Assembly: GCA_044222065.1 (NCBI GenBank)
Contig: JBGAOA010000002.1
Coordinates: forward strand, 83,115 to 147,114
Source of the DNA: Candidatus Eiseniibacteriota bacterium
GTDB taxonomy: Bacteria; Eisenbacteria; RBG-16-71-46
DNA: 64,000 nucleotides
Direction: 5' to 3'
The notes under the pieces are model-generated. The model was given only the letters and a program-made list of their open reading frames with translations, was not told where the DNA came from and did no database searches. Positions 9,419 to 19,602 of this stretch are shown here, in pieces (within the stretch, counting starts at the first letter, position 1; each line of letters begins with the position of its first letter). Made by a program: the position numbers and the translations under genes.

Positions 9419-10165
9419 GTGCTGAACCTGTGGTGCGACGACGGCCACCCGGCGCGCGAGAACATGCGCCGCGACGCGGCGCTGCTCGCGGCGGCCGAGG
9501 ACGGCGCGGCGCCGGTGCTGCGGCTCTTCCGCTTCGATCCGCCGGGCCTCACGCTCGGGCACGCGCAGGACCCCGCGGCCGAACTCGACCTCGAGGCGTG
9601 CGAGCGCGACGGCGTCGAGTGGGCCGTCCGCCCGACGGGCGGGCGCGCGATCTTCCACGAGCACGAGTGGACGTACGCGTTCGCGTCCGCCGCCGACGAC
9701 CCGGAGTGGGGCGGCGACCTCGCGGTCGCGTACGAGAAGGTGTCGCGGCTCGTGCGCGACTCGCTCGCGGATCTCGGCGTGCCGGTCGCGTTCGCGGGCG
9801 GACATCGCGGGCGGCTCGAAGGCGACCGCGCGAGCGCGGCCTGCTTCGCCTCGACCGCGCGCCACGAACTCGTCGTCGCGGGGCGCAAGCTCGCCGGGAG
9901 CGCGCAGCGACGGACGAGCCGCGCGTACCTGCAGCAGGGCAGCGTGCTGCTCGGCCCGGGGCACCTGCGGCTCGCGGAATTCCTGGCGCTGCCCGACGCG
10001 CGACGGGCAGCGGCGCGCGATGCGCTCGCGCGGTCGGCCACGGACGCCGGGGCGTGGATCCCGCCGGCGACGCCGCTCGGGCGCTGGGCCGATGCGATCG
10101 AGCGCGTGCGGCCCGGCGTTCATCGCGAGAACGGCGACGCCGGCCGACGGTGGTTGACCCTGTGA
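9419..10165 (+). CDS. lipM: Lipoate-protein ligase family protein, LipM-like octanoyltransferase
   Basis: ENMRRDAALL, RPTGGRAIFH, SAACF (Cys at the LipM position), ELVVAGRKLAGSAQRR, LQQGSVL; 248 aa with no LplA C-terminal domain. Start uncertain. Confidence 0.8.
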   Translation: MLNLWCDDGHPARENMRRDAALLAAAEDGAAPVLRLFRFDPPGLTLGHAQDPAAELDLEACERDGVEWAVRPTGGRAIFHEHEWTYAFASAADDPEWGGDLAVAYEKVSRLVRDSLADLGVPVAFAGGHRGRLEGDRASAACFASTARHELVVAGRKLAGSAQRRTSRAYLQQGSVLLGPGHLRLAEFLALPDARRAAARDALARSATDAGAWIPPATPLGRWADAIERVRPGVHRENGDAGRRWLTL

Positions 10166-10183
10166 GAACGCGATTCCTATACT
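10154..10183 (+). promoter_or_regulatory. Sigma70-type promoter TTGACC-N18-TATACT for the ABC transporter operon
   Basis: TTGACC at 10154-10159 and TATACT at 10178-10183; AT-rich hexamers in a very GC-rich background, 45 nt upstream of ATG 10228. Confidence 0.65.
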
Positions 10184-10227
10184 GCCGCGCACTTTCGCCG
10201 CCGCACCGCTCCACGGGAGACTTCCAC

Positions 10228-12051
10228 ATGCTCCGCCTCGTGCCGGGCCGGTTCCGTCGCGCGATCCTGATTCCGCTGCTCGCCCTCGCCGGTTGCGGTG
10301 GCCCGGCGCCTTCTCGCGACGCCTGGGTGGATCCCTATCCGCTGCCGGCCGACACGATGACCGTGGCCGCGCCCGAACTCGGGGTGCACGGCGGGCGGTT
10401 CGTGATCGCGGCGACGTCGAGCCCGAAGACCTTCAACCCCGTGATGGGGAGCGAGTCGTCGACGAACGACGTCACGTCTCGGCTGTTCGTCGGACTCGCG
10501 GACTGGGACTACCGCACGCATCAGGACTACGGCGTGCTCGCGAAGTCGTGGGAGCGGAGCCCCGACGGACTGACCTACACGTTCCACCTGCGGCGAGGCG
10601 CGGCGTTCTCGGACGGACACGCGCTGACCTCCGACGACGTGCTGTTCACCGCTGCGGTGACGCTCGACTCGACGGTCGGCGCGTCGCTGCGCGCGTCGCT
10701 CCAGTCCGCCGGACGGCCGTTCGTCTTCGAGGCGCCCGACTCGTACACCGTGGTCGTGCGGCTCGCGGGCCCGCACCGGCTCGCGATCGCCGCGATCGGG
10801 TCGCTGCGGGTTCTGCCGAAGCACCGACTCGAGGCCGCGTGGAAGGAGGGCCGCTTCCCCTCGTCCTACGGCACCGACACGCCGCCCGAGAGTCTCGTCA
10901 CGAGCGGGCCGTGGATCCTGCGCTCCTACCTGCCGCAGGAGCGCACGGTCCTCGCACGAAACCCGTACTGGCTCGGCGTGGACGCGCGCGGAAACCGGCT
11001 GCCGTACCTCGACGAGGTCGTGCTCGTCGTGGTGCCCGATCAGGCCGCGGCGGCGCTGAAGTTCCAGTCGGGCGAGGTCGACGGACTCGACAACGTGAAG
11101 AACGAGGACTACTCGACGTACGAGCAGGGGCAGGAGAAGGGCGACTACCATCTCTACGACCTCGGCCCGGGACTCAACACGTCGTTCCTGTGGTTCAACC
11201 TGCGGCTCGCCGAGGAATCGGCACCGGGGCGGAAGGCGGGGTCGCCCTACGCCGGGGAGGTCCCGTACTCGTGGTTCTCGCGCGTCGACTTCCGGCGCGC
11301 CGTCTCGCACGCGATCGATCGCGACGCGATCATCCGCGGTCCGTACTTCGGAGACGCCGTCAAGAACTGGGCGCACATCACGCCCGGCAACCCCGTGTGG
11401 TCGCTGACCGATGTCGTGCACTACGACTACGACCCCGAGCGCGCCAGGACGCTGCTCGCCGGGCTCGGCTGGAAGGACACCGACGGCGACGGACTGCTCG
11501 AAGACGAGCACGGCCGCACGATCCGCTTCACGATCAAGACGAACGGCGACAACAAGACGCGCATGGACGTCCTGACGATGATCCACGACGACCTGCGCAA
11601 GGTCGGCGTGGACGCGGTCCCCGCGGGCAGCGATTTCAACACGCTGACGACGAACTTCCGGACCGACTTCCAGTACGAGGCGGCGCTGCTCGGGCTCGGT
11701 TCGGCCGTGCCGCCCGATCCCGGCATCGGCATGAACTTCTGGCGCTCCTCCGGCGTCATCCACTACTGGGCCCCGAAGCAGAAGCGCCCGATGAACGCGA
11801 TCGAGGCGCGGCTCGACTCGCTCGCGGACGCGCACATCGCCGCGCTCGACGACGCGACGGCGCGCGAGACGTACCGGGCGCTCCAGACCACGGTCAACGA
11901 GAACGCGTTCGTGATCTACCTGCCGAGCCAGGTCGTGCGCATCCCGGTCCGGAACGGCTTCGGGAACCTCTCGCCGAACGTGGTGCCGCACCGCCTGCTC
12001 TGGAACATCGACCAGGTGTTCGTGAAGCCGGGCGGCCGCCGCCGGTCCTGA
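10228..12051 (+). CDS. Peptide/nickel ABC transporter substrate-binding lipoprotein (OppA/AppA, family 5)
   Basis: Lipobox LALAGC; SSPKTFNP, LAKSWERSPDGLTYTFHLRRGAAFSDG, TSGPW, FRRAVSHAIDR. Confidence 0.92.
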   Translation: MLRLVPGRFRRAILIPLLALAGCGGPAPSRDAWVDPYPLPADTMTVAAPELGVHGGRFVIAATSSPKTFNPVMGSESSTNDVTSRLFVGLADWDYRTHQDYGVLAKSWERSPDGLTYTFHLRRGAAFSDGHALTSDDVLFTAAVTLDSTVGASLRASLQSAGRPFVFEAPDSYTVVVRLAGPHRLAIAAIGSLRVLPKHRLEAAWKEGRFPSSYGTDTPPESLVTSGPWILRSYLPQERTVLARNPYWLGVDARGNRLPYLDEVVLVVVPDQAAAALKFQSGEVDGLDNVKNEDYSTYEQGQEKGDYHLYDLGPGLNTSFLWFNLRLAEESAPGRKAGSPYAGEVPYSWFSRVDFRRAVSHAIDRDAIIRGPYFGDAVKNWAHITPGNPVWSLTDVVHYDYDPERARTLLAGLGWKDTDGDGLLEDEHGRTIRFTIKTNGDNKTRMDVLTMIHDDLRKVGVDAVPAGSDFNTLTTNFRTDFQYEAALLGLGSAVPPDPGIGMNFWRSSGVIHYWAPKQKRPMNAIEARLDSLADAHIAALDDATARETYRALQTTVNENAFVIYLPSQVVRIPVRNGFGNLSPNVVPHRLLWNIDQVFVKPGGRRRS

Positions 12052-12063
12052 GACGCGGCGCGC

Positions 12064-13022
12064 ATGCGCACGTTCGTCCTGCGCCGTGTCCTCCAGGTCG
12101 TACCCCTGCTGTTCGGACTCACCGCGATCACCTTCCTGCTCGTCGCGCTCGCGCCCGGTGACTTCCTGAACACGCTCGCCGAGAACCCGGCGATCACGCC
12201 GCAGGTGCTCGAGTCCATGCGCCGCAATTTCGGTCTCGACCGGCCGGTGTGGGTGCAGTACGGGCTCTACCTGTGGAATCTGCTGCACGGCGACTTCGGT
12301 CAGTCGTTCTCGCGTCACCAGCCGGTGTTCGCGGTGCTGCGCGAGGGGCTCGCGAATACGCTGCTGCTCGCGGGCGCGGCCGCGATCGTGACGTGGGGGC
12401 TCGCGATCCCGCTCGGAGTGATCGCCGCCGTGCGGCAGAACACGGTCGTGGACCGCTCGCTCGGCGTTCTCGCCTACGTCTGGCTGTCCGTGCCCGAGGT
12501 CCTGTCCGGGCTGCTGCTGCTGTTGTTCGCGGCGCGAACCGGCTGGTTCCCGACCGGCGGCATGCACTCGCTCGACTTCGAGCGGCTCGGGCCGCTCGCG
12601 CGCGCGGGGGACCTGCTCCACCATCTCGCGCTGCCGGCGATCGCCGTGGGGCTCGTGCCGCTCGCGAGCCGCATGCGCCAAACGCGCGCGAACCTGCTCG
12701 ACGTGCTGCTCGACTACGTGACGACGGCGCGCGCGAAGGGGCTCGATGAGCGGACCGTGGTCGTCAGCACGCGCTCCGCAACGCGCTCAACCCGCTCGTC
12801 ACGATGTTCGGGTTCACGCTCGGCTCGCTCGTCTCGGGTTCGCTCGTCGCCGAGATCGTGTTCTCGTGGCCCGGCCTCGGTCGCATCACGTACGAGGCGA
12901 TCCTCACGCAGGACCTGTACCTCGTGGTCGGGGCGGCTCATGGCCGCGTGCGTGCTCGTCGCGGCAACCTCGTCGCCGACGTCCTGCTCGCGGTCGCCGA
13001 CCCGCGGATCCGCCATGACTGA
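12064..13022 (+). CDS. Peptide ABC transporter permease (OppB/DppB type), frameshifted as assembled
   Basis: MRTFVLRRVLQ..FGLDRPVWVQY..DYVTTARAKGL; continues in another frame as NPLVTMFGFTLGSLVSGSLVAEIVFSWPGLG..NLVADVLLAVADPRIR. Indels near 12705-12775 and 12930-12965. Confidence 0.85.
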
Positions 13023-14112
13023 ACCTCGCGCCGCGGCCGCGGCGCCCGCGCCGGCGTTCTGGCGTCCGCTGCGCAAACGTCCGCTCGCGCTCGCGGCCGG
13101 AGCGCTGCTCGCGGCGTTCTATCTTGCGGCGCTGTTCGCGCCGGCGCTCGCGCCCTATCGCGAGGACTCGATGGACCGCGCGCGCTTCTACCATCCGCCG
13201 CAGCGCGTCCACTGGATCGGCCCGGACGGATTCGGGCCGTACGTGTTCGGGACCGCGCTCGACGACCCGCGGCGGCTCACCTATCGCGAGGACCGCACGG
13301 TCGTGCGTCCGCTGCGCTTCGTCGTGCGCGGCGAGCCGTACCGCTGGCTCGGCCTCGTCGCGGCCGACCGCCACCTGTTCGGGCTCGAGGGCGGCGGGCG
13401 CGTCTACCTGCTCGGCTCGGACGCGTTCGGCCGCGACGTGCTGTCGCGTCTCCTGTACGGTGCCCAGGTGTCGCTCACCGTCGGACTCGTGGGGATCGCC
13501 ATCTCGTTCGCGCTCGGCCTGCTGCTCGGGGGCGTCTCGGGCTATTTCGGCGGCTGGGTGGACGCGCTCGTCATGCGGGTGACGGAACTCCTGCTGAACA
13601 TCCCGGGGCTCTACCTCGTGATCGCGCTTCGCGCGCTCTTCCCGGCGAGCCTGCCGAGCGGCGCGACCTATCTCGCGATCGTCGCGATCCTCGCGCTGCT
13701 CGGCTGGGCGAGCCTCGCGCGTATCGTGCGCGGCATGGTGCTGTCGCTGCGCACGCAGGACTACGTCGCGGCGGCCGAAGCGCTCGGCGCCGGCCGCCTG
13801 CGCATCGTGACGCGCCACGTGCTCCCGAACACGATGTCGTTCGTGATCGTGGCCGCGACGGTCTCGATCCCGGGCTACATCCTCGGCGAGGTGTTCCTGT
13901 CGTTCCTCGGCGTCGGCGTGCAGGAGCCTGCCGCATCGTGGGGCAACATGCTGAACGCCGGCCGCAGCCTGCGCGTGCTGAGCGAGTTTCCGTGGCTCGT
14001 CGGCGCGCCGGCGGTCGCGATCTTCCTGACGGTGATGGCGTACAACCTGCTCGGCGACGGCCTGCGCGACGCGCTCGACCCGCGCCGGACCACGGGGGGG
14101 ACGGCCGGGTGA
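13015..14112 (+). CDS. Peptide ABC transporter permease (OppC/DppC type)
   Basis: ATG at 13015; LGSDAFGRDVLSRLLYGAQVSL, EAA loop DYVAAAEALGA, SFLGVGVQEPAASWG, NLLGDGLRDALDPR. Confidence 0.93.
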   Translation: MTEPRAAAAAPAPAFWRPLRKRPLALAAGALLAAFYLAALFAPALAPYREDSMDRARFYHPPQRVHWIGPDGFGPYVFGTALDDPRRLTYREDRTVVRPLRFVVRGEPYRWLGLVAADRHLFGLEGGGRVYLLGSDAFGRDVLSRLLYGAQVSLTVGLVGIAISFALGLLLGGVSGYFGGWVDALVMRVTELLLNIPGLYLVIALRALFPASLPSGATYLAIVAILALLGWASLARIVRGMVLSLRTQDYVAAAEALGAGRLRIVTRHVLPNTMSFVIVAATVSIPGYILGEVFLSFLGVGVQEPAASWGNMLNAGRSLRVLSEFPWLVGAPAVAIFLTVMAYNLLGDGLRDALDPRRTTGGTAG

Positions 14113-15120
14113 GCGAACCGCTGCTCGAGGTGCGCGACCTGCGTACGTGGTTCCACACCGACGACGGCGTCGTGCGCGCGGTGGACGGCGTGTCCTTCGC
14201 GATCGGCGCCGGCGAGACGCTCGCCGTGGTGGGCGAGTCGGGGAGCGGCAAGAGCGTCACGTCGCTGTCGGTGCTGCGGCTCGTGCCGCGACCGCCCGGC
14301 CGCTTCGAGAGCGGCGCGATCCTGCTTCGCGGTCGCGACCTGCTGCGGGTGCCGGAGGACGAGATGCGCCGCGTGCGCGGCAAGGACGTCTCGATGATCT
14401 TCCAGGAGCCGATGACGTCGTTGAACCCGGTCTACACGTGCGGCGAGCAGATCATCGAGGCCGTGATGCTGCACGACCGCCTGCCGCGCGCCGCCGCGCG
14501 CGAGCGTGCGATCGAGATGCTGCGGCTCGTCGGCATCCCGTCGCCCGAGCAGCGCGTGGACGAGTACCCGCACCAGATGTCGGGCGGGATGCGCCAGCGC
14601 GTCATGATCGCCATGGCGCTCGCGTGCCGGCCCGCGCTGCTGATCGCGGACGAGCCGACGACGGCGCTCGACGTCACGATCCAGGCGCAGATCCTGGACC
14701 TGCTGCGCTCGCTGCGCGCGGAACTCGGCATGGCGGTGATGCTCATCACGCACGACCTCGGCGTCGTCGCCGAGGTCGCCGACCGCGTCGCCGTGATGTA
14801 CGCGGGGCAGGTCGTCGAATCGTGTCCGGTCGAAGCGGCGTTCCGGCGCACGCTCCATCCGTACACCGCAGGGCTGCTCGCCTCGCGGCCGACGCTCGGC
14901 GAGACGCGCGAGAGGCTCCGCGTCATCCCGGGATCCGTGCCGAATCCGGCGCGCTTCCCGGACGGCTGCCGCTTCCACCCGCGCTGTCCGCTCGCGACCG
15001 ACCGCTGCCGCGCCGAGATGCCGGAGCTCGTTGAGTTCGAGCCCGGGCACGCCGTGCGCTGCCATCGTGCGGCCGAGATCGCCGCCGGCGCGGCGTCGGC
15101 GCTCGCCGAGGAGCGCCGCG

Positions 15121-15128
<8 letters not shown>
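14109..15128 (+). CDS. Peptide ABC transporter ATP-binding protein (OppD/DppD type)
   Basis: Walker [36 protein letters not shown] and GCRFHPRC tail. Confidence 0.95.
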
Positions 15129-16119
<991 letters not shown>

Positions 16120-16294
16120 TCCGCGTTGGGGAATAGGCCCCGCCTCGCGGGGCCGCCCACGCCAATTGGCCCACGATCGAGGCCGTGCGCGCACGCCATC
16201 GCCGCCGGCCCCGGGCGCGATCGCGCCGCCTAACTCCTCGCCGAGCAATCGTTCGCGACGATTTCCGGAGGCGGTGCGCCGGCCCGCGCGCGAT

Positions 16295-16310
16295 CGGCAC
16301 CGCGCTTGCC
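16295..16310 (+). promoter_or_regulatory. Sigma54 (-24/-12) promoter candidate upstream of the BMC operon
   Basis: cGGCACcgcgcTTGCc: GG (16296-16297) N10 GC (16308-16309), a close match to TGGCAC-N5-TTGC. Confidence 0.6.
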
Positions 16311-16370
16311 ATTCCCTGTCATCGAGGCCGCGAGCCGGCGACGACGCGCGGACCGACAATCGAAGAGCGA

Positions 16371-16596
16371 ACCCGATGTGTTCCCTGCGCGACTCGTGAT
16401 TGACCGGCTGCGGGCTGATCCCCCTATCGCGAGCGAAGGAGTCTGTCGGACGGTACACGGCCGCAGCGGGGAACCTTAATGACGGGCCCCGGATTTGCGG
16501 CGTGGCTGAGCTTCCAGCGCACGACATCGATCGCCGCGAGACGGGGCCCATGAATTTCCGGCCCCGACCTGAGGCCCGGGCTCCAGCGCCCGGGCC
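16371..16596 (+). ncRNA. Structured non-coding RNA or leader candidate
   Basis: Complementary segments: GTTCCC/GGGAAC with TGCG/CGCA (about 16379-16475), GGGCCCCG/CGGGGCCC enclosing GCGGCG/CGCCGC (16484-16549), GGCCCGGGC/GCCCGGGCC (about 16573-16596). No convincing ORF. Confidence 0.35.
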
Positions 16597-16691
16597 AATT
16601 CGTTGACCCTCCACAACATCCCTGTTACGGTGCGGCACCGCTCGGCGCCGCAGGGTGCGGCCTCTCGGTGCGGTCCTGGGAGGTCGGCTCG

Positions 16692-16991
16692 ATGGCGGTC
16701 GAAGCGCTGGGGATGGTCGAGACGCGCGGTCTGGTGGGCGCGATCGAGGCCGCCGATGCGATGTGCAAGACCGCCCGCGTGAGCCTCGTCCGCTACGAGC
16801 GCATCGCCGGAGCCCGCGTCACGGTCGCCGTGCGCGGCGACGTGGGCTCGGTCGAAGCGGCGGTGGAGGCCGGCGCGCGTGCCGCGGGCCGGGTCGGCGA
16901 GTTCGTCGCCCGCCACGTGATCCCCGCGCCCGACGCCCAGGTCGAGAGTCTGCTCGCGGCGGCCGGCCGCTCCGGTCTGCCGCGACTGTAG
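16692..16991 (+). CDS. BMC-H hexameric shell protein (EutM/PduA/CcmK family)
   Basis: [53 protein letters not shown] upstream. Confidence 0.95.
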   Translation: MAVEALGMVETRGLVGAIEAADAMCKTARVSLVRYERIAGARVTVAVRGDVGSVEAAVEAGARAAGRVGEFVARHVIPAPDAQVESLLAAAGRSGLPRL

Positions 16992-17018
16992 TCCGTCCAG
17001 AAAGGGAAGGAGCCTCGC

Positions 17019-17318
17019 ATGCAGGAAGAAGCCCTGGGTCTCATCGAGACGCGCGGCTGGGTCGCCATGATCGAAGCGTCCGACGCGATGGTGAAGGCGG
17101 CCCGCGTCCAGCTCGTGCACTACGAGAAGATCGGCGGCGGCTACGTCACGGCCGTCGTGCGCGGAGACGTCGCGGCGGTTCGCGCGGCGACGGAAGCGGG
17201 CGCCGCGGCCGCTTCGAAGGTCGGAGAGGTCGTGAGCGTTCACGTCATTCCGCGGCCGCACGGGATGCTCGAAGACGTGCTGCCGATCCGCCGCGCGGAG
17301 ACGGCGTCGAAGAAGTAG
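17019..17318 (+). CDS. BMC-H hexameric shell protein (EutM/PduA-like)
   Basis: [48 protein letters not shown]. Confidence 0.97.
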   Translation: MQEEALGLIETRGWVAMIEASDAMVKAARVQLVHYEKIGGGYVTAVVRGDVAAVRAATEAGAAAASKVGEVVSVHVIPRPHGMLEDVLPIRRAETASKK

Positions 17319-17325
17319 GCGCGTC

Positions 17326-17631
17326 GTGCTCCTCGCACAGGTGCTCGGCACGGTCGTCTCGACCCGCAAGGACGCGCATCTCCTCAGCCTCAAGCTCATG
17401 CTCTGCCGCGAAGTCGACGAGAAGTTCCATCCCACCGGGAACTACGTCGTCGCGGCCGACGCCGTGGGCGCGGGCGAGGGGGAACTCGTGCTGCTCGCGC
17501 AGGGCTCCTCGGCGCGCATGACCGAGGTGTCGCGCGAGAAGCCCGTGGACGCGGTCATCTGCGGCATCGTGGACGCCGTGGAGATCGGCGGCCGCGACGT
17601 GTTCGTGAAGCGCGTCGGGGCGACGGGCTGA
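17326..17631 (+). CDS. BMC-P pentameric vertex protein (EutN/CcmL)
   Basis: AQVLGTVVSTRKD..VAADAVGAGEGELVLL..GSSAR..PVDAVICGIVD. Confidence 0.95.
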   Translation: MLLAQVLGTVVSTRKDAHLLSLKLMLCREVDEKFHPTGNYVVAADAVGAGEGELVLLAQGSSARMTEVSREKPVDAVICGIVDAVEIGGRDVFVKRVGATG

Positions 17632-17635
17632 CGTC

Positions 17636-19051
17636 ATGGCGATCGACTCCCGCCAGATCCAGAACATCGTCGCCGACGTCCTCGAGCGCCTCGATTCGGA
17701 GCGCGCGACGGCGGGGCACGGCGATGCGATCGGCGTGCACGCCGACCTCGACACGGCGGTCGCGGCGGCGCGGCGCGCGGTCGAGGCGTACGACGGCACG
17801 CCGCTCGAGACGCGGCGGCAGATCGTCGCGGCGGTCCGCCAGACGCTGATCGCGAACCTGCGCACGCTCGCGGAGCTGGCCGTGTCGGAAACCGGACTCG
17901 GCCGGGTCGAGGACAAGATCCTCAAGAACCGGCTCGTCGCCGAGAAGACCCCGGGCCCCGAGGACCTCGAGCCCGTGACGTGGACCGGCGATCACGGCAT
18001 GACGCTCATGGAGCGCGCGCCGTACGGAGTGATCGCGGTGATCACTCCGGTGACGAACCCGAGCGAGACCGTCATCAACAACGGCATCTCGATGATCGCG
18101 GGCGGGAACGTGCCGGTGTTCTGCCCGCACCCGAACGCGCGCAAAGTCTCGAACCTGACGATCGACCTCATGAACCGCGCCGCGCTGCGCGCCGGTGCGC
18201 CGGCGCCGCTGCTGCACACGGTCGCGCAGCCGACGCTCGAGATCGCCCAGGCGCTGCTGCGCTACCCGGGAATCCGGCTCAACGTCGTCACGGGCGGTCC
18301 CGGCGTCGTGAAGGAGGCGCTCGCCTCGGGCAAGAAGTCCATCACGGCCGGCCCGGGCAATCCGCCGGCGGTCGTGGACGAGACCGCGGACCTCGAAAAG
18401 GCCGCGCGCGACATCGTCGCGGGCGCCTCGCTCGACAACAACGTCATCTGCACGGACGAGAAGGAAGTGGTCGCGGTCGCGATGATCGCGGACCGCCTCA
18501 AGGAGGCGTTCGCGAAGAGCGGCGCGATCGTGCTCCAGCCGCACCAGATCGAGCGGCTGCGCGGCGTCGTGCTCGAAAAGGAGAACGGGCCGCGCAAGTA
18601 CGCCGTCATCAACCGCAAGTACGTCGGCAAGAACGTGGACGTGATCCTCAAGGACGCCGGCATCCCGTGCGATCCGACGAAGCGCGTCGCGCTGTGCGAC
18701 GTGGACAACGATCACCCGTTCCTGTGGACCGAGATGATGATGCCGGTCCTGCCGATGACCCGCGTGCGCACGGCCGACGAGGCGATCGACTTCGCGCTGC
18801 TCGTCGAGCACCGCTTCCGCCACACCGCTTCGATGCATTCGCGCAACATCGACAAGCTGTCGCGCATGGCGCGACTGTGCGACTGCTCGATCTTCGTGAA
18901 GAACGGACCCAATTACGCCGGACTCGGCATGGGGGGCGAGGGCCCCACGAGCTTCACGATCGCGAGTCCGACGGGAGAAGGCATGACGACCGCCCGCAGT
19001 TTCACCCGCATCCGCCGCTGCACGCTGGTGGATCACTTCCGGATCGTGTGA
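17636..19051 (+). CDS. CoA-acylating aldehyde dehydrogenase (EutE/PduP family) with N-terminal encapsulation peptide
   Basis: N-terminal amphipathic IDSRQIQNIVADVLERL; PYGVIAVITPVTNP, TGGPGVV, AGPGNPP, catalytic DNNVICTDEKE, FTIASPTGEG. Confidence 0.95.
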   Translation: MAIDSRQIQNIVADVLERLDSERATAGHGDAIGVHADLDTAVAAARRAVEAYDGTPLETRRQIVAAVRQTLIANLRTLAELAVSETGLGRVEDKILKNRLVAEKTPGPEDLEPVTWTGDHGMTLMERAPYGVIAVITPVTNPSETVINNGISMIAGGNVPVFCPHPNARKVSNLTIDLMNRAALRAGAPAPLLHTVAQPTLEIAQALLRYPGIRLNVVTGGPGVVKEALASGKKSITAGPGNPPAVVDETADLEKAARDIVAGASLDNNVICTDEKEVVAVAMIADRLKEAFAKSGAIVLQPHQIERLRGVVLEKENGPRKYAVINRKYVGKNVDVILKDAGIPCDPTKRVALCDVDNDHPFLWTEMMMPVLPMTRVRTADEAIDFALLVEHRFRHTASMHSRNIDKLSRMARLCDCSIFVKNGPNYAGLGMGGEGPTSFTIASPTGEGMTTARSFTRIRRCTLVDHFRIV

Positions 19052-19602
19052 TGCCGGTCGCGATCGCGGCACTCGAGACGAGCAGCATCGCCCAGGGCAC
19101 CGTGGCGGCGGACGCCATGGTGAAGACCGCCGAAGTGGAATTGCTCGAGGCCTGCACGATCTCGCCCGGGAAGTACTGGGTGCTGATCGGCGGCGAGGTC
19201 GCGCCGGTGCGCGCGTCGTTCCAGCGCGGCGTGGCGGTCGCGGCGGAGACGCTGCTCGATTCGCTGCTGATCCCGCAGCTCCACGACGGCGTGCTCCCCG
19301 CGATCCGCGGGATCGTGCCGCCCACGGACCACGACGCGCTCGGCATCCTCGAGATGCAGACCGCGGCCTCCGCGATCGTCGCGGCCGACACCGCGGTCAA
19401 GGCCGCGCTCGTGACGATCCGCGACGTCAAGCTCGCGAACGGCATCGGCGGCAAGGGCGTCGTGTACGTGACCGGTGCCGTGAGCGACGTGCAGGCCGCG
19501 ATCGAGGCGGGTCGCGCGGAGCCGTTGCGCCGCGGACTGCTCGCGCGCTCGGTCGTCATTCCGCGCCTCCACCCGCAGATGAAGGAGCGCGTGCTCCGGT
19601 GA
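19051..19602 (+). CDS. BMC-T tandem-domain shell protein (PduT-like)
   Basis: ATG at 19051 overlaps the AldDH stop; AIAALETSSIAQG..DAMVKTA..TISPGKY..ALGILE..ADTAVKAA..GIGGKG..GAVSDV..VIPRLH. Confidence 0.92.
   Translation: MPVAIAALETSSIAQGTVAADAMVKTAEVELLEACTISPGKYWVLIGGEVAPVRASFQRGVAVAAETLLDSLLIPQLHDGVLPAIRGIVPPTDHDALGILEMQTAASAIVAADTAVKAALVTIRDVKLANGIGGKGVVYVTGAVSDVQAAIEAGRAEPLRRGLLARSVVIPRLHPQMKERVLR

Noticed and set aside
16371..16600. Cobalamin riboswitch, SRP RNA, RNase P RNA or tmRNA in the BMC leader
   Set aside because: I could not find a B12-box, the SRP helix-8 motif, GAGGAAAGTCC or tRNA-like ends on either strand; kept only as an unidentified structured RNA candidate.
16166..16606. 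Short ORFs (68-77 aa) in the intergenic region before the BMC genes
   Set aside because: No SD, low-complexity Arg/Pro composition and no motifs.
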